A stretch of DNA of 64,000 bases, taken from assembly GCA_029856145.1 (NCBI GenBank), contig JAHQWK010000001.1, forward strand, positions 576,001 through 640,000. The letters run 5' to 3'. A program made the translations under genes and the position numbers. The stretch is from Promethearchaeia archaeon (GTDB lineage: Archaea > Asgardarchaeota > Lokiarchaeia > Sigyniarchaeales > SOKP01). The notes below the pieces were generated by a model. That model was not told the origin of the DNA, made no database searches, and saw nothing but the letters and a program-made list of their open reading frames with translations. Positions within the stretch are counted from its first letter, which is position 1. Every line of letters begins with the position of its first letter. Below are positions 49,344-58,239 of the stretch, piece after piece.

Positions 49344-50309
49344 CTACTGATTCTTTAGTTTATTTAAGAGATCTTCTATTTCTTGGTAAAGTTCAGGATA
49401 GAATTTTTTAAAAAGCCTAAACCAATCCTTTCCAAGCATTCCTCCAGCAATAAATCCGCATAAAAATCCTAAAAAGAGAAGAAGTTCGGGGGTTAAATGA
49501 AAAATTTCGACTGGGAAAAGCTCCAATCTATATATTACAGTACTTAAAGCTATACTAGTTAATACTATTGCAAAACGAAACATTTTATGCTTTGGAATTT
49601 CAAAAAAATGAAGATTTTCTCCACCTAATTCGTTGAAAATCGCTGATTTATATTTAATACTAGAATCTTCTTCTTTTTCTGTGTGTTTTTCAATGAATTT
49701 ACCTTGAAGTAAATCATTCCAATCTCTAAATAATAAAAAACCTCCAAAAAATAGAAAATAAAATAGAAAAAGGAAAATAATCTCTAATATAAAGTTAAAT
49801 TCGTTCAAAAAAACTTCATACTGAGAGAGAACAAATGATAAAATCATTAAAACGAATGTAACCAACATTAATACAGCACCCAAGAATGACTCATGGATGT
49901 GGTATTTCCCTTCGAATGTCTTACCTACATATTTTGAGCTATCCTTTCTGATATAATATATAGTGAAAAGGATCATTCCCGGAGGTATTATTGCATATAC
50001 AAGAAAAACAATAAAATCCCAAAAATCCCACCAAAATGGTAACCAATTGAGAAATCCCTTTAAAATGTAGTAAGTATAGAATGATACTCCAATTATGATT
50101 ATATATATCGTTATTTTTCTATATAATTCAATATCAATTATAAACATAATAAAAATGAAACTTATATTAATAATAAGAATCGAAATCATTCTAATAATTA
50201 TAAATTCGAAAGATTCTACAGTATATAACTGTTTCATGTAAAAATAGAGAATTAAACTAATAGAAATTAAAACTGCTAAAATTATAAGACTAAATTTCTT
50301 TTGCATCAA
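49344..50309 (-). CDS. Multi-pass membrane protein
   Basis: About 8 hydrophobic segments; YHIHES motif. Confidence 0.7.
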   Translation of the reverse strand: MMQKKFSLIILAVLISISLILYFYMKQLYTVESFEFIIIRMISILIINISFIFIMFIIDIELYRKITIYIIIIGVSFYTYYILKGFLNWLPFWWDFWDFIVFLVYAIIPPGMILFTIYYIRKDSSKYVGKTFEGKYHIHESFLGAVLMLVTFVLMILSFVLSQYEVFLNEFNFILEIIFLFLFYFLFFGGFLLFRDWNDLLQGKFIEKHTEKEEDSSIKYKSAIFNELGGENLHFFEIPKHKMFRFAIVLTSIALSTVIYRLELFPVEIFHLTPELLLFLGFLCGFIAGGMLGKDWFRLFKKFYPELYQEIEDLLNKLKNQ

Positions 50310-50480
50310 AATAAATTATGTATTAAATTACTCCTTATTAAAGCTTAGTTTAAGCCCATAAAAAAAATTATATTTCACGCTCAAGATTTTGAAAAGTACA
50401 AGAAAATAGTACCCCTCATAGAGAATTTAAAAGGTGTAATGAATGGCTAACTTCTGCATATAACTCCTTAAGAATTTTTA

Positions 50481-51287
50481 TCACATTGAATTGAATTCTC
50501 TTTCCTTAATCTTGCCGTTAAGGCTTACGACAATTTCCCTTATTTCATTTAGGACTTTAGCAACCAGTTGTTCATCGTTCTCTATATTAAAAGCAGTTAT
50601 TGAAACCTCAACCTGAACTGCTAAACCAATTCTGGGATGAGTTTTAATCCATAGTTGAGGATATTTTTCTTCAAGTTTTGAAATATAGGGAGCAATTTGA
50701 GATTCTCCAATTCCCATAAAAGTGAACCCCTTCTCCATAAATTTACCTTGTTCTTCTTTCAGAATTGGTATAATTATATTTCTAAAAATCGATTTCATCT
50801 CAGCGGGCACACCTGGCAAAATAATAACAGTAGTATCTCTTTCAATAATTTTTACACCCGGAGCAGTACCTACAGTATTAGGTAAAGGAGTAGAGTTTTG
50901 CGGCAAATGTGCCATTTTTTCCCTTTCTTTTGTCATACCTTCAAGTTTTAAAAGACCTTTATGATAAGCACGTTCATAAGTTTTCTTAATTGAATTATAA
51001 GCTTTTTCGTTTAATATGAGTTCTCGTCCTAAACCTTTAGCAATACCTTCCAAAGTCATATCATCAAAAGTAGGACCAATACCTCCTGATGTTATTATTA
51101 TATCAGGTTTTCGTTGCAATATTTTTTTAAATGTACTTGAGATCGTTTCTAGATCATCACCAATAGTGGTAATTCTTTTAACTTGATGTCCATACTTCGT
51201 GATTCTTTTTGCCATCCAGTTTGAATTTGTATCTTGAGTCTTTCCAATAAGGATTTCATTTCCAATCATTAAGAGTTCAATAATCAT
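50481..51287 (-). CDS. CinA-like molybdopterin-binding domain protein
   Basis: GNEILIG...DTN, GDD, SGGIGPTFDDMT, N.VGTAPG, LPGVP.EM, GES. Confidence 0.88.
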   Translation of the reverse strand: MIIELLMIGNEILIGKTQDTNSNWMAKRITKYGHQVKRITTIGDDLETISSTFKKILQRKPDIIITSGGIGPTFDDMTLEGIAKGLGRELILNEKAYNSIKKTYERAYHKGLLKLEGMTKEREKMAHLPQNSTPLPNTVGTAPGVKIIERDTTVIILPGVPAEMKSIFRNIIIPILKEEQGKFMEKGFTFMGIGESQIAPYISKLEEKYPQLWIKTHPRIGLAVQVEVSITAFNIENDEQLVAKVLNEIREIVVSLNGKIKEREFNSM

Positions 51288-51393
51288 AAGAAAATCATCA
51301 AAAAATTCTTGTTATGTTTAATTTTATAAAACTTGATATTTTTTAATTAATTTACTCAATTACCAATAGATTAAATAAAGTGTTATAAAAAGA

Positions 51394-51933
51394 ATGACGA
51401 TTGAAATCGATGACGCAGGGACAGGAGACCTTGTAGGAGATGCATTTATTGGTCTTCTAAGGAAAGAAACCGGAGAATTAGTTTTTAAGGCATTACCCGT
51501 TGAGCTTTTTCAAGGTGAAAACTGGCAAAACAAGAAACCGTTGGAAGTTACTGTTGATCTAGTACGAGAGGGACTAAAAGAACTAAATTTCCATAATCAT
51601 ACTGAAAAAGTAGAACTTTGTAGGGGGAATATTTTCGATAAGGTAAGGTATTACTTTATAGAAGAAGGTATAAATTACGAAGATGCTATAGTTGAGGGAA
51701 AATTACAGGATGCTGTAGAGGGAAAATTAATTGAACATCTTCGAAATGATATAGGAGTGAGGTCAAGACAATTATCTACTAGAAGCGGAGCCAAACGCTT
51801 CTTTATTTTGTTTAACTGGGTTACTTATGATTTTTATAAGAGAGAAAAATATGTAAAGTCAGGATTTAAAAAATGGAATACGGTATGGCGGGATCGAGCA
51901 ATTGAAAAATATAATAAAATAAAGAAATCTTAA
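51394..51933 (+). CDS. Hypothetical protein, possible RNase H-fold nuclease
   Basis: N-terminal IEIDDAGTGDLVG resembles the RNase HII xDEAG.G..xG start. Confidence 0.5.
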   Translation: MTIEIDDAGTGDLVGDAFIGLLRKETGELVFKALPVELFQGENWQNKKPLEVTVDLVREGLKELNFHNHTEKVELCRGNIFDKVRYYFIEEGINYEDAIVEGKLQDAVEGKLIEHLRNDIGVRSRQLSTRSGAKRFFILFNWVTYDFYKREKYVKSGFKKWNTVWRDRAIEKYNKIKKS

Positions 51934-52002
51934 ACGAGGAAAAATCCGTCTTCTTAGTAAAAATTTTCTTATAAAATTAGTTTGTTAATTTATCTTGATC
52001 TT

Positions 52003-52725
52003 CTAATCTAGATTTGTTCCACAATTTTTACAAGTTTTATCTGTAAGCAAGTTCTTATCATATCCACAAGCAAAACAAATCTTATTCTTACCATCTTTAG
52101 TTTGCTCAAAATTAAGCCTATCTTGTCGTTTAGAACCTTCTTCTGAACCTTCTTGTTTTTTAACTTTAAAATAGTCGCTATCTAAAGCTTTATCAAGTTG
52201 TTTTTTTACAAAATCTTTATCATGAGGTGTGACTATTTCAAAATCTTCTGAGGTTTCAATTTCTTTAAATCCTTTAGGTAAGCTTTTAAGATCAGAATCT
52301 TCAATAATTTTCTGACTACTACTAGTATCTGAGCTTGAAGCTGTTGTTTCAATACTTTCTTGTCCTTGAAAATCTTCACTCTCACTTTGAATAGTTTCAG
52401 ATGAAAGTTCTACGTGTGTAGTTTCTTGCGGAGATACAATATTTTCCATATATAATTCTTTTTCTAATTGCTTTGATTTTAAGATTTTTACATGTTCAAA
52501 AATTCCTTTTGTTCGATTCATAAGCATGTTTCTGAATGATGCATCGAGTTTTGGATTTTTCGATAAACTAATTGTCATTTCAGAAATTTCTAACCATAGT
52601 TTTATAGCTGATTTAATATCACCATTTTTTTCATATCTTTTTGCTGTCGCTATCCTAACTGCTAGCTCTTTATTAAATTGTGTAATGTCCATAATGGAAT
52701 CTTTTTTTTCTTCTTTTAAATACAA
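52003..52725 (-). CDS. MIT-like helical domain, acidic/Ser linker and C-terminal zinc ribbon
   Basis: A...E..G....A...W three-helix pattern; CFACG...CKNCG. Confidence 0.6.
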   Translation of the reverse strand: MYLKEEKKDSIMDITQFNKELAVRIATAKRYEKNGDIKSAIKLWLEISEMTISLSKNPKLDASFRNMLMNRTKGIFEHVKILKSKQLEKELYMENIVSPQETTHVELSSETIQSESEDFQGQESIETTASSSDTSSSQKIIEDSDLKSLPKGFKEIETSEDFEIVTPHDKDFVKKQLDKALDSDYFKVKKQEGSEEGSKRQDRLNFEQTKDGKNKICFACGYDKNLLTDKTCKNCGTNLD

Positions 52726-52858
52726 TGTTTACAAATAAATTCTAATATAAAATCTTTATTCGAATGTTGATACAAAATTTAATATTTAAAATCACTATTA
52801 GTTATATAAGTGTATATTATGTCTCTGAGAACATTAACTACTTAAGAGCAATTGATTT

Positions 52859-54748
52859 ATGACAATTCATCCATTTTCAGTTAATGAAATTAATAATTTA
52901 AGAGATTTTGTAGAAAAAAATGGATGGAAAATAGAGGCGGGTGTAGAAGATTACTTTCGGTATAGTATAAAAAAAAAGAAATTAGTCCTTTTCACGATTA
53001 AATTTCCAATAACTTTCCCTATAAGAATTAATATTCCTTTTGAAGTTGTAAATTTTCGTCTTTCAATAGCCTTTCAATTTTGGAATTTAAATCAAGAGAT
53101 TTTTATTCTAATACTTTATCTGATGAAAGCCATTAGGAATTTGGCATTATCATTAACTTTGGAAAATAAATTCCCATTAGATGGAAAAAAGCAACAACTT
53201 GGAGATTTATTAAATTTAGTAATTCCAGAACTTATAAAAAATGAAAATGAAAGCACTTGGTTAAATCGCATAAGAATTTCACTGATGAATAAAAGAGATA
53301 AATTAAAAGATTATTCTGATCAAGAATTAAACCAACTTCTAAATTTCCTACAAAATCTTGGATTAAAACCGAGCTTTAAAACACCTTGGGATTTGAAATA
53401 TGGAATTCCTAAAATTCGAACCTCTGAAACCCTACTTTTTTCAAATGAAGGAAACTATGATGAATTTTTTATTTTAGAGAAGGGTTATTTTACGTATTTT
53501 AAAGACCTCGAATATAATAAATTTTATCTCAGAAGCTTTTTCGATAGTTATACTCCATATATACTAAATGAATTATTTAGTGATATTCCAGAGTTTAAAT
53601 TAGAGATATTTGTAGAAAATTGGGTTAAATTTTCACGTCAAATATTGAATTCTTTAGTAGAAATTCTAAAAACAAGAGAAATCAACCTAACAGAATTTAT
53701 TCAATTTCGTCCAGAAAAAGAACTTTTATATAATCCTCATAATTTCGTAGAGGATCAAAATAATTTTCCTTTTTCTGCTTTAAATTATGAAAGTTCCATA
53801 ACAAAAGAGCTATTTTCTATTAATAAGGATCTATTTAATAACCCCCCTACTAATTTTGAAGTAATAGAATCGATGAATCAATACATTGAAGTTGAAGAAT
53901 TAATAAAAAATTATAGATTTGAAGAAGCTGCTAAAGTTCTAAATGAATTATTAAAAGTGTTTAATAAAAATCAACAAAAAAAAGTAATTATATCAATTCT
54001 CCTTAAATTAACAAAGATCGCGACACTCTTAAACCATGATGATACAGCTATTAATTATTTACAGAATGCATTAGGCGTTGCAAAATCTGGAGAAATCTCA
54101 GTAGATTTGATTATAAGAGTACACTATAAATTAGGAGTAATTTATTATAAAAGGAAAGATTTTGAAAAGGCATCTAGTCATTTTAACATTATTATTAATT
54201 TTCTAGAAAAAGAAGAAATTTCAGTTAATAAAGAAGTATTTTTAGGCTTAGCTAATCTTTATATTGGTTTAATTTTTTTGGAACAAAATAAAATTGTTGA
54301 ATCTAAACTCCATTTCAAGAATGCTTTTCGCATTGGAAATGATCATTTGAAAGTGAAAATAAAATATTTTTTACTTCGTGGTACTTTTTATAAAAATCAT
54401 GGTAATTTCTCACTTACTCAAAAATATCTTAGAGGAGGATTAGACAATGTAGATCTAGATTTTGAAAATGAAGAAATTCTTAAAGCTTTAACAGACTTAA
54501 TTCTTGAGTTATCTGAATTCTACATCCATTATAGAAAAGATGGAAGAAAAGCTTACAGCCTATTGAAGAATCTAGAAAAACAAATAAGATTAAAAGAAAT
54601 TAGTAATATGAAAAGAGCAGTACGTTGGAATTTACTAATGAGTGATTACTATATTGTATTTGGAGTTGATCGTGAAAAATCTCATTTTTATTTGAAGCAA
54701 AGTCAAAAGATAAAAAATCAACTTCAAACTATAGGAGTAGTCGATTAA
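52859..54748 (+). CDS. TPR-containing protein
   Basis: C-terminal TPR-like repeats (HYKLGVIYY...DFEKA..HF; LYIGLIFL). Confidence 0.7.
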   Translation: MTIHPFSVNEINNLRDFVEKNGWKIEAGVEDYFRYSIKKKKLVLFTIKFPITFPIRINIPFEVVNFRLSIAFQFWNLNQEIFILILYLMKAIRNLALSLTLENKFPLDGKKQQLGDLLNLVIPELIKNENESTWLNRIRISLMNKRDKLKDYSDQELNQLLNFLQNLGLKPSFKTPWDLKYGIPKIRTSETLLFSNEGNYDEFFILEKGYFTYFKDLEYNKFYLRSFFDSYTPYILNELFSDIPEFKLEIFVENWVKFSRQILNSLVEILKTREINLTEFIQFRPEKELLYNPHNFVEDQNNFPFSALNYESSITKELFSINKDLFNNPPTNFEVIESMNQYIEVEELIKNYRFEEAAKVLNELLKVFNKNQQKKVIISILLKLTKIATLLNHDDTAINYLQNALGVAKSGEISVDLIIRVHYKLGVIYYKRKDFEKASSHFNIIINFLEKEEISVNKEVFLGLANLYIGLIFLEQNKIVESKLHFKNAFRIGNDHLKVKIKYFLLRGTFYKNHGNFSLTQKYLRGGLDNVDLDFENEEILKALTDLILELSEFYIHYRKDGRKAYSLLKNLEKQIRLKEISNMKRAVRWNLLMSDYYIVFGVDREKSHFYLKQSQKIKNQLQTIGVVD

Positions 54749-54763
54749 AATAACTACATTTTG

Positions 54764-54970
54764 TTATCTTCTTTTATATTGAGCCCTTTTAGCCCCAAGA
54801 CTTTCCTTCTGACCTCCAAACTGACTTTTTACTATTCGCTTTACATATAATTCTCGGAATCGCATTCTTGGAGGTTTTTTCTTCTGAGCATTCACTCCTG
54901 TCCTTTGAATTTTCGGAGTCTGCATCTTGACCTTGCCCGCCTTAGTTAAGCTACCATGCGAACCGGGTAT
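54764..54970 (-). CDS. rps30e: 30S ribosomal protein S30e (eS30), 68 aa, apparent ATA start; missed by the ORF track
   Basis: (M)PGSHGSLTKAGKVKMQTPKI...PPRMR.R..Y.KR; GGGGTGA SD 6 nt upstream of ATA. Confidence 0.9.
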   Translation of the reverse strand: MPGSHGSLTKAGKVKMQTPKIQRTGVNAQKKKPPRMRFRELYVKRIVKSQFGGQKESLGAKRAQYKRR

Positions 54971-55192
54971 ACCTAATCACCCCGTTGCGCTTTTGGAGCC
55001 ATTTCCCTTATTAAACAAGTCTGATGGATCAAAAATTGCAAATAATTCATAATTATTTTAAAATAAGGAACAATTACTAAAAAGTTTTGTTAATTTTCTA
55101 ATAAAATCAAACTTAAAGATTTAAACTCAAATTAGATTAAATCTGATTGTTAATCAAGCCCAAAAATCCCAAGATTCTTACATTTTTAATAA

Positions 55193-55465
55193 TCAATAAA
55201 TCTCACCTTCGAAATAAAAAGGAAAATAATATTTTGTCTTAACACCTGAATTTTTTAAATTAACCTTGAAATTGTTGACATATTCTTCTTCTAAGGGATT
55301 TCCACGTAAAACTACTTCTTCTAAGTCTGGTAATTTATTCAAACATTTAATTTCAGATATATTATTAGATTGAAACGATATACTTCTTAAATTTGTAAGG
55401 TTATCCAATCCTTGTATTTTTGCAATCTTATTGTTATAAAGTTGTAATTTTAGTGGTTTCATCAA
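55193..55465 (-). pseudogene. Short SDS22-like LRR ORF, probably a truncated LRR gene
   Basis: L.LYNNKI.KI.GL..L.NL..I....NNI; only about 2.5 repeats with an abrupt N-terminus. Confidence 0.5.
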
Positions 55466-55662
55466 CTTGAATCATTACAGTTTCACCTGGAAGTATATTA
55501 TCGCCCGATTTTTGCCTAATTTCATTAAATTCTAATTGGGCCTCAAAGGACCAAAACCTTAATCTTGACCATAGTAAAAACCTTAAATATCGGACTCCAA
55601 TTTTTTATTAAGTTTTCTCATTATTTCTTTAATTAAATTTAATTCTAATTCATGCTAAAATC

Positions 55663-55821
55663 ATGTCTGATAAAAAAATATTTGCGTCAGAAGCCAAAGA
55701 TCTTGAGAAAGCCGAGGAAAAGATCCTATATAGTGATAATAAAATAGTTTGTTTCGCATGTGGAGAAGAAATTGATAATAGTACAAATATTTGTCCCTAT
55801 TGCAAAACAACTATTGGGTAA
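55663..55821 (+). CDS. Small zinc-ribbon protein, 52 aa; missed by the ORF track
   Basis: MSDKKIF...VCFACGEEID....ICPYCKT. Confidence 0.7.
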   Translation: MSDKKIFASEAKDLEKAEEKILYSDNKIVCFACGEEIDNSTNICPYCKTTIG

Positions 55822-55898
55822 TTTTTTCATCCAAATATCTTAAAGTTAAAGAAAAATTATAATCTATACAAATTAACTTATAAAGAAAAGGAATTTCT

Positions 55899-56396
55899 GT
55901 GAACTTTAGTAGTGGAAGCATAAAGAAAAAAAGCCATTTGGGTATTTGGATGTTAGTGCTTATTATAATTATATCCCTATGCTGTATATTATCTCTGCTA
56001 ATAAACCCAATTTGGTGGATTCTATTGCCAATATCAATATTCTTAATTATTATAGGTCAAATGACGTCACGTTATTTCTGGTTAGAAAGAAACATTTGTC
56101 CTAGTTGTAATGCTCCTATAAGTAAATATGGTGAATTTTGTAGAAATTGTGGTCTTAAATTATGGTTCAAGTGTCTTTCTTGCGGAAAGTATTTACGAGT
56201 TGATACTAAATTTTGTGATAATTGCAATGTTGAACTTGAACACACTGTTAAAGAAAGAGAGATTTTTAAACATGAACCTTTAAAAAAAGGATCTCCTTTA
56301 CACAAAATAACTAATTTCTGTTCTAATTGTGGTAAAGAACTAAAAAACCAAGAAAATATTAAATATTGTGAAGAATGCGGAGAAAAAATACAATAA
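55899..56396 (+). CDS. Membrane-anchored multi-zinc-ribbon protein
   Basis: Two TM helices followed by six CxxC motifs. Confidence 0.78.
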   Translation: MNFSSGSIKKKSHLGIWMLVLIIIISLCCILSLLINPIWWILLPISIFLIIIGQMTSRYFWLERNICPSCNAPISKYGEFCRNCGLKLWFKCLSCGKYLRVDTKFCDNCNVELEHTVKEREIFKHEPLKKGSPLHKITNFCSNCGKELKNQENIKYCEECGEKIQ

Positions 56397-56400
56397 ATCC

Positions 56401-56724
56401 CTATTTAATTATTTGATCTCTACTTTTGGAATTAAATAGAAATGATAGTAAAATCCATAGTGCCAGATAGATAAGAATATTTCGAATATATAATAGTAAA
56501 ACTTCATTGTAATAAGCCAATTTTAGGAAGTAAACTGAAAATAACCAAGATATATTGAAAGAAATAATATAAAGAACAAATTTCCTTGATCATGTTTCTC
56601 TTCTCTTCCAAATCAAGTAAATCTCTACTACTATAGGAGTTATATGAATATAATCGTAATATAGAAATAAGAAAAAGAATTCATAAGAAATAATTATTCC
56701 AAGGGTTACAATTGAATAGATTAG
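56401..56724 (-). pseudogene. Truncated, nonsense-disrupted copy of the 3' half of the 57177-57764 gene
   Basis: LIYSIVTLGIIISYEFFFLFLYYDYIHITPIVVEIYLIWKRRET*SRKFVLY... aligns with the upstream paralog; TGA at 56590-56592 replaces Leu; no start codon. Confidence 0.85.
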
Positions 56725-56786
56725 GATTAGGGGTCTAAAAATTTTTCAAATCTTATATTTAGAAACTATAAGGAAAAAAAAAATTA

Positions 56787-57011
56787 CTAAGAGAGATTTG
56801 CGTAATTCATAGCAATTGCTATTACAATTATTAATATTGCGAAAAACAGGATACAAGATAGACAGCAAAACTTTATTTCATGTCCTACAATATCTCTCCT
56901 TTTATTAGAACTTATTTCCTTACCACATCTTGGACAATATGATGGGATTCTCCAAGACGCAGATAAGTAAATTCTTTTTCCACAATTTGCACATTTAGGT
57001 CTTAATACCAA
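56787..57011 (-). CDS. Zinc-ribbon protein with C-terminal TM helix
   Basis: CANCG...CPRCG; hydrophobic tail. Confidence 0.65.
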   Translation of the reverse strand: MVLRPKCANCGKRIYLSASWRIPSYCPRCGKEISSNKRRDIVGHEIKFCCLSCILFFAILIIVIAIAMNYANLS

Positions 57012-57176
57012 TTTATTATTATCTTTTATGAGGTTTTTTATATAATAGTATATATCTTTATATACATATATATAATAGATTATTTAAATATACTGAATTG
57101 AAAGTTTGAGTCTTTAAATTTTAAAAAATGAAGAGTATAATAATATTAAAATCTGTTCTTATCGAAGTACCGCCAT

Positions 57177-57764
57177 TTATGCACCTTTCTCTTTGTTATC
57201 CTTTTTTTTTTTAAAAAGAAAAGATAAGGCTACCCATAACGTAGAATAGATGATAATATTTCTTATATAAATTATTAAATCCTCATTATTGTAAGCCAAC
57301 TTTAAGAAATACACAGAAATTAGCCAAAAGATATTAATTGGAATAATATAAAGAACAAACTTCCTTGACAATGTTTCTCTTCTCTTCCAAATCAAATAAA
57401 TATCTATTATAACAGGAGTTATATGTATATAATCATAATAAAAAAATAAGAAAAAGAATTCATAGATGACTATTATACCAAGAGGTATAATTGAATAAAT
57501 TAAAAAATTATTTATGTATGGATTATCACGATAAAAAAGCCATGCCAATGAAAGTGAGAAATACCATTGGCTTAGAGTGAAAATAACTAAATTTGTGCCA
57601 GGATCTCCATGCTGCCTAACTCCGTAAAGAAAAGTGTCCAAAGGTTGCCACGAAAATGGGATTAAAAACTGGAATATTATTGATATTATTGTAGCAATCG
57701 TAATTTGAATTAAAGTTATCTTTGTTAGACTTAGATCGTTCAATTTAAATTTAGATTTAATCAT
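57177..57764 (-). CDS. Multi-pass membrane protein
   Basis: About 6 TM segments; YYDYIH motif. Confidence 0.72.
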   Translation of the reverse strand: MIKSKFKLNDLSLTKITLIQITIATIISIIFQFLIPFSWQPLDTFLYGVRQHGDPGTNLVIFTLSQWYFSLSLAWLFYRDNPYINNFLIYSIIPLGIIVIYEFFFLFFYYDYIHITPVIIDIYLIWKRRETLSRKFVLYIIPINIFWLISVYFLKLAYNNEDLIIYIRNIIIYSTLWVALSFLFKKKKDNKEKGA

Positions 57765-57877
57765 TGAATTTTCAAATTTTTAAATCATTATTATTTTTAC
57801 TAAATTATCAGAATCGCGTGTTATGATAAGAAAAAGATATAAATTTTATACATTCTTTTATAAATTAACTTCTCAAT

Positions 57878-58043
57878 GGGGACTTGGTGTAGTTTTCCAA
57901 GCAATATCGCTTAGTAAGCACAACCCGGTGGCACAGCAGGCTCCAGATCCTACAAGCAAAAGCTGTTCCGTGGACACCTGTCGGTCGGGGGTTCAAAATG
58001 GATTGCCTACGGCGCATTCCATGATCATATCCCTCAGTCCCCA
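57878..58043 (+). tRNA. tRNA-Trp(CCA) with three introns: 57893-57923 (15/16), about 57947-57975 (37/38 or 38/39) and 57997-58028 (58/59)
   Basis: Spliced 74-nt cloverleaf GGGGACU UG GUGU AGCCCGGUG GCAC A GCAGG CUCCAGA CCUGU CGGUC GGGGG UUCAAAU CCCUC AGUCCCC A; bulge-helix-bulge-like motifs at the junctions; 3' CCA not encoded. Confidence 0.9.
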
Positions 58044-58239
58044 TCTTTTTCATGCTAATCAATTACATTTCCGTCATTCGATAAGAATAGATTAATTTAC
58101 ACTTAGATAATATAGGTGATAATCGAATTTTATTAATTTTTTCAAAATTTCAATGAGGGAATATTTTCGTGAAAGCCCGATTTCACGCTCATTTTTGTCT
58201 TCTCAAAATCCTAAATATTTTGAGGGTAAAAATAAAAAA

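Noticed and set aside
56590-56592. In-frame TGA as a possible Sec codon
   Set aside because: It aligns with Leu in the intact paralog, the fragment has no start, and no SECIS-like element was seen
57823-58095. ORFs 57823-58095 (+) and 57865-58062 (-)
   Set aside because: Open only because of the GC-rich intron-containing tRNA-Trp gene they overlap
58168-58187. CGTGAAA/TTTCACG small hairpin downstream of the tRNA
   Set aside because: Short and single-copy; no repeat of the tRNA 3' end or integrase to support an att site
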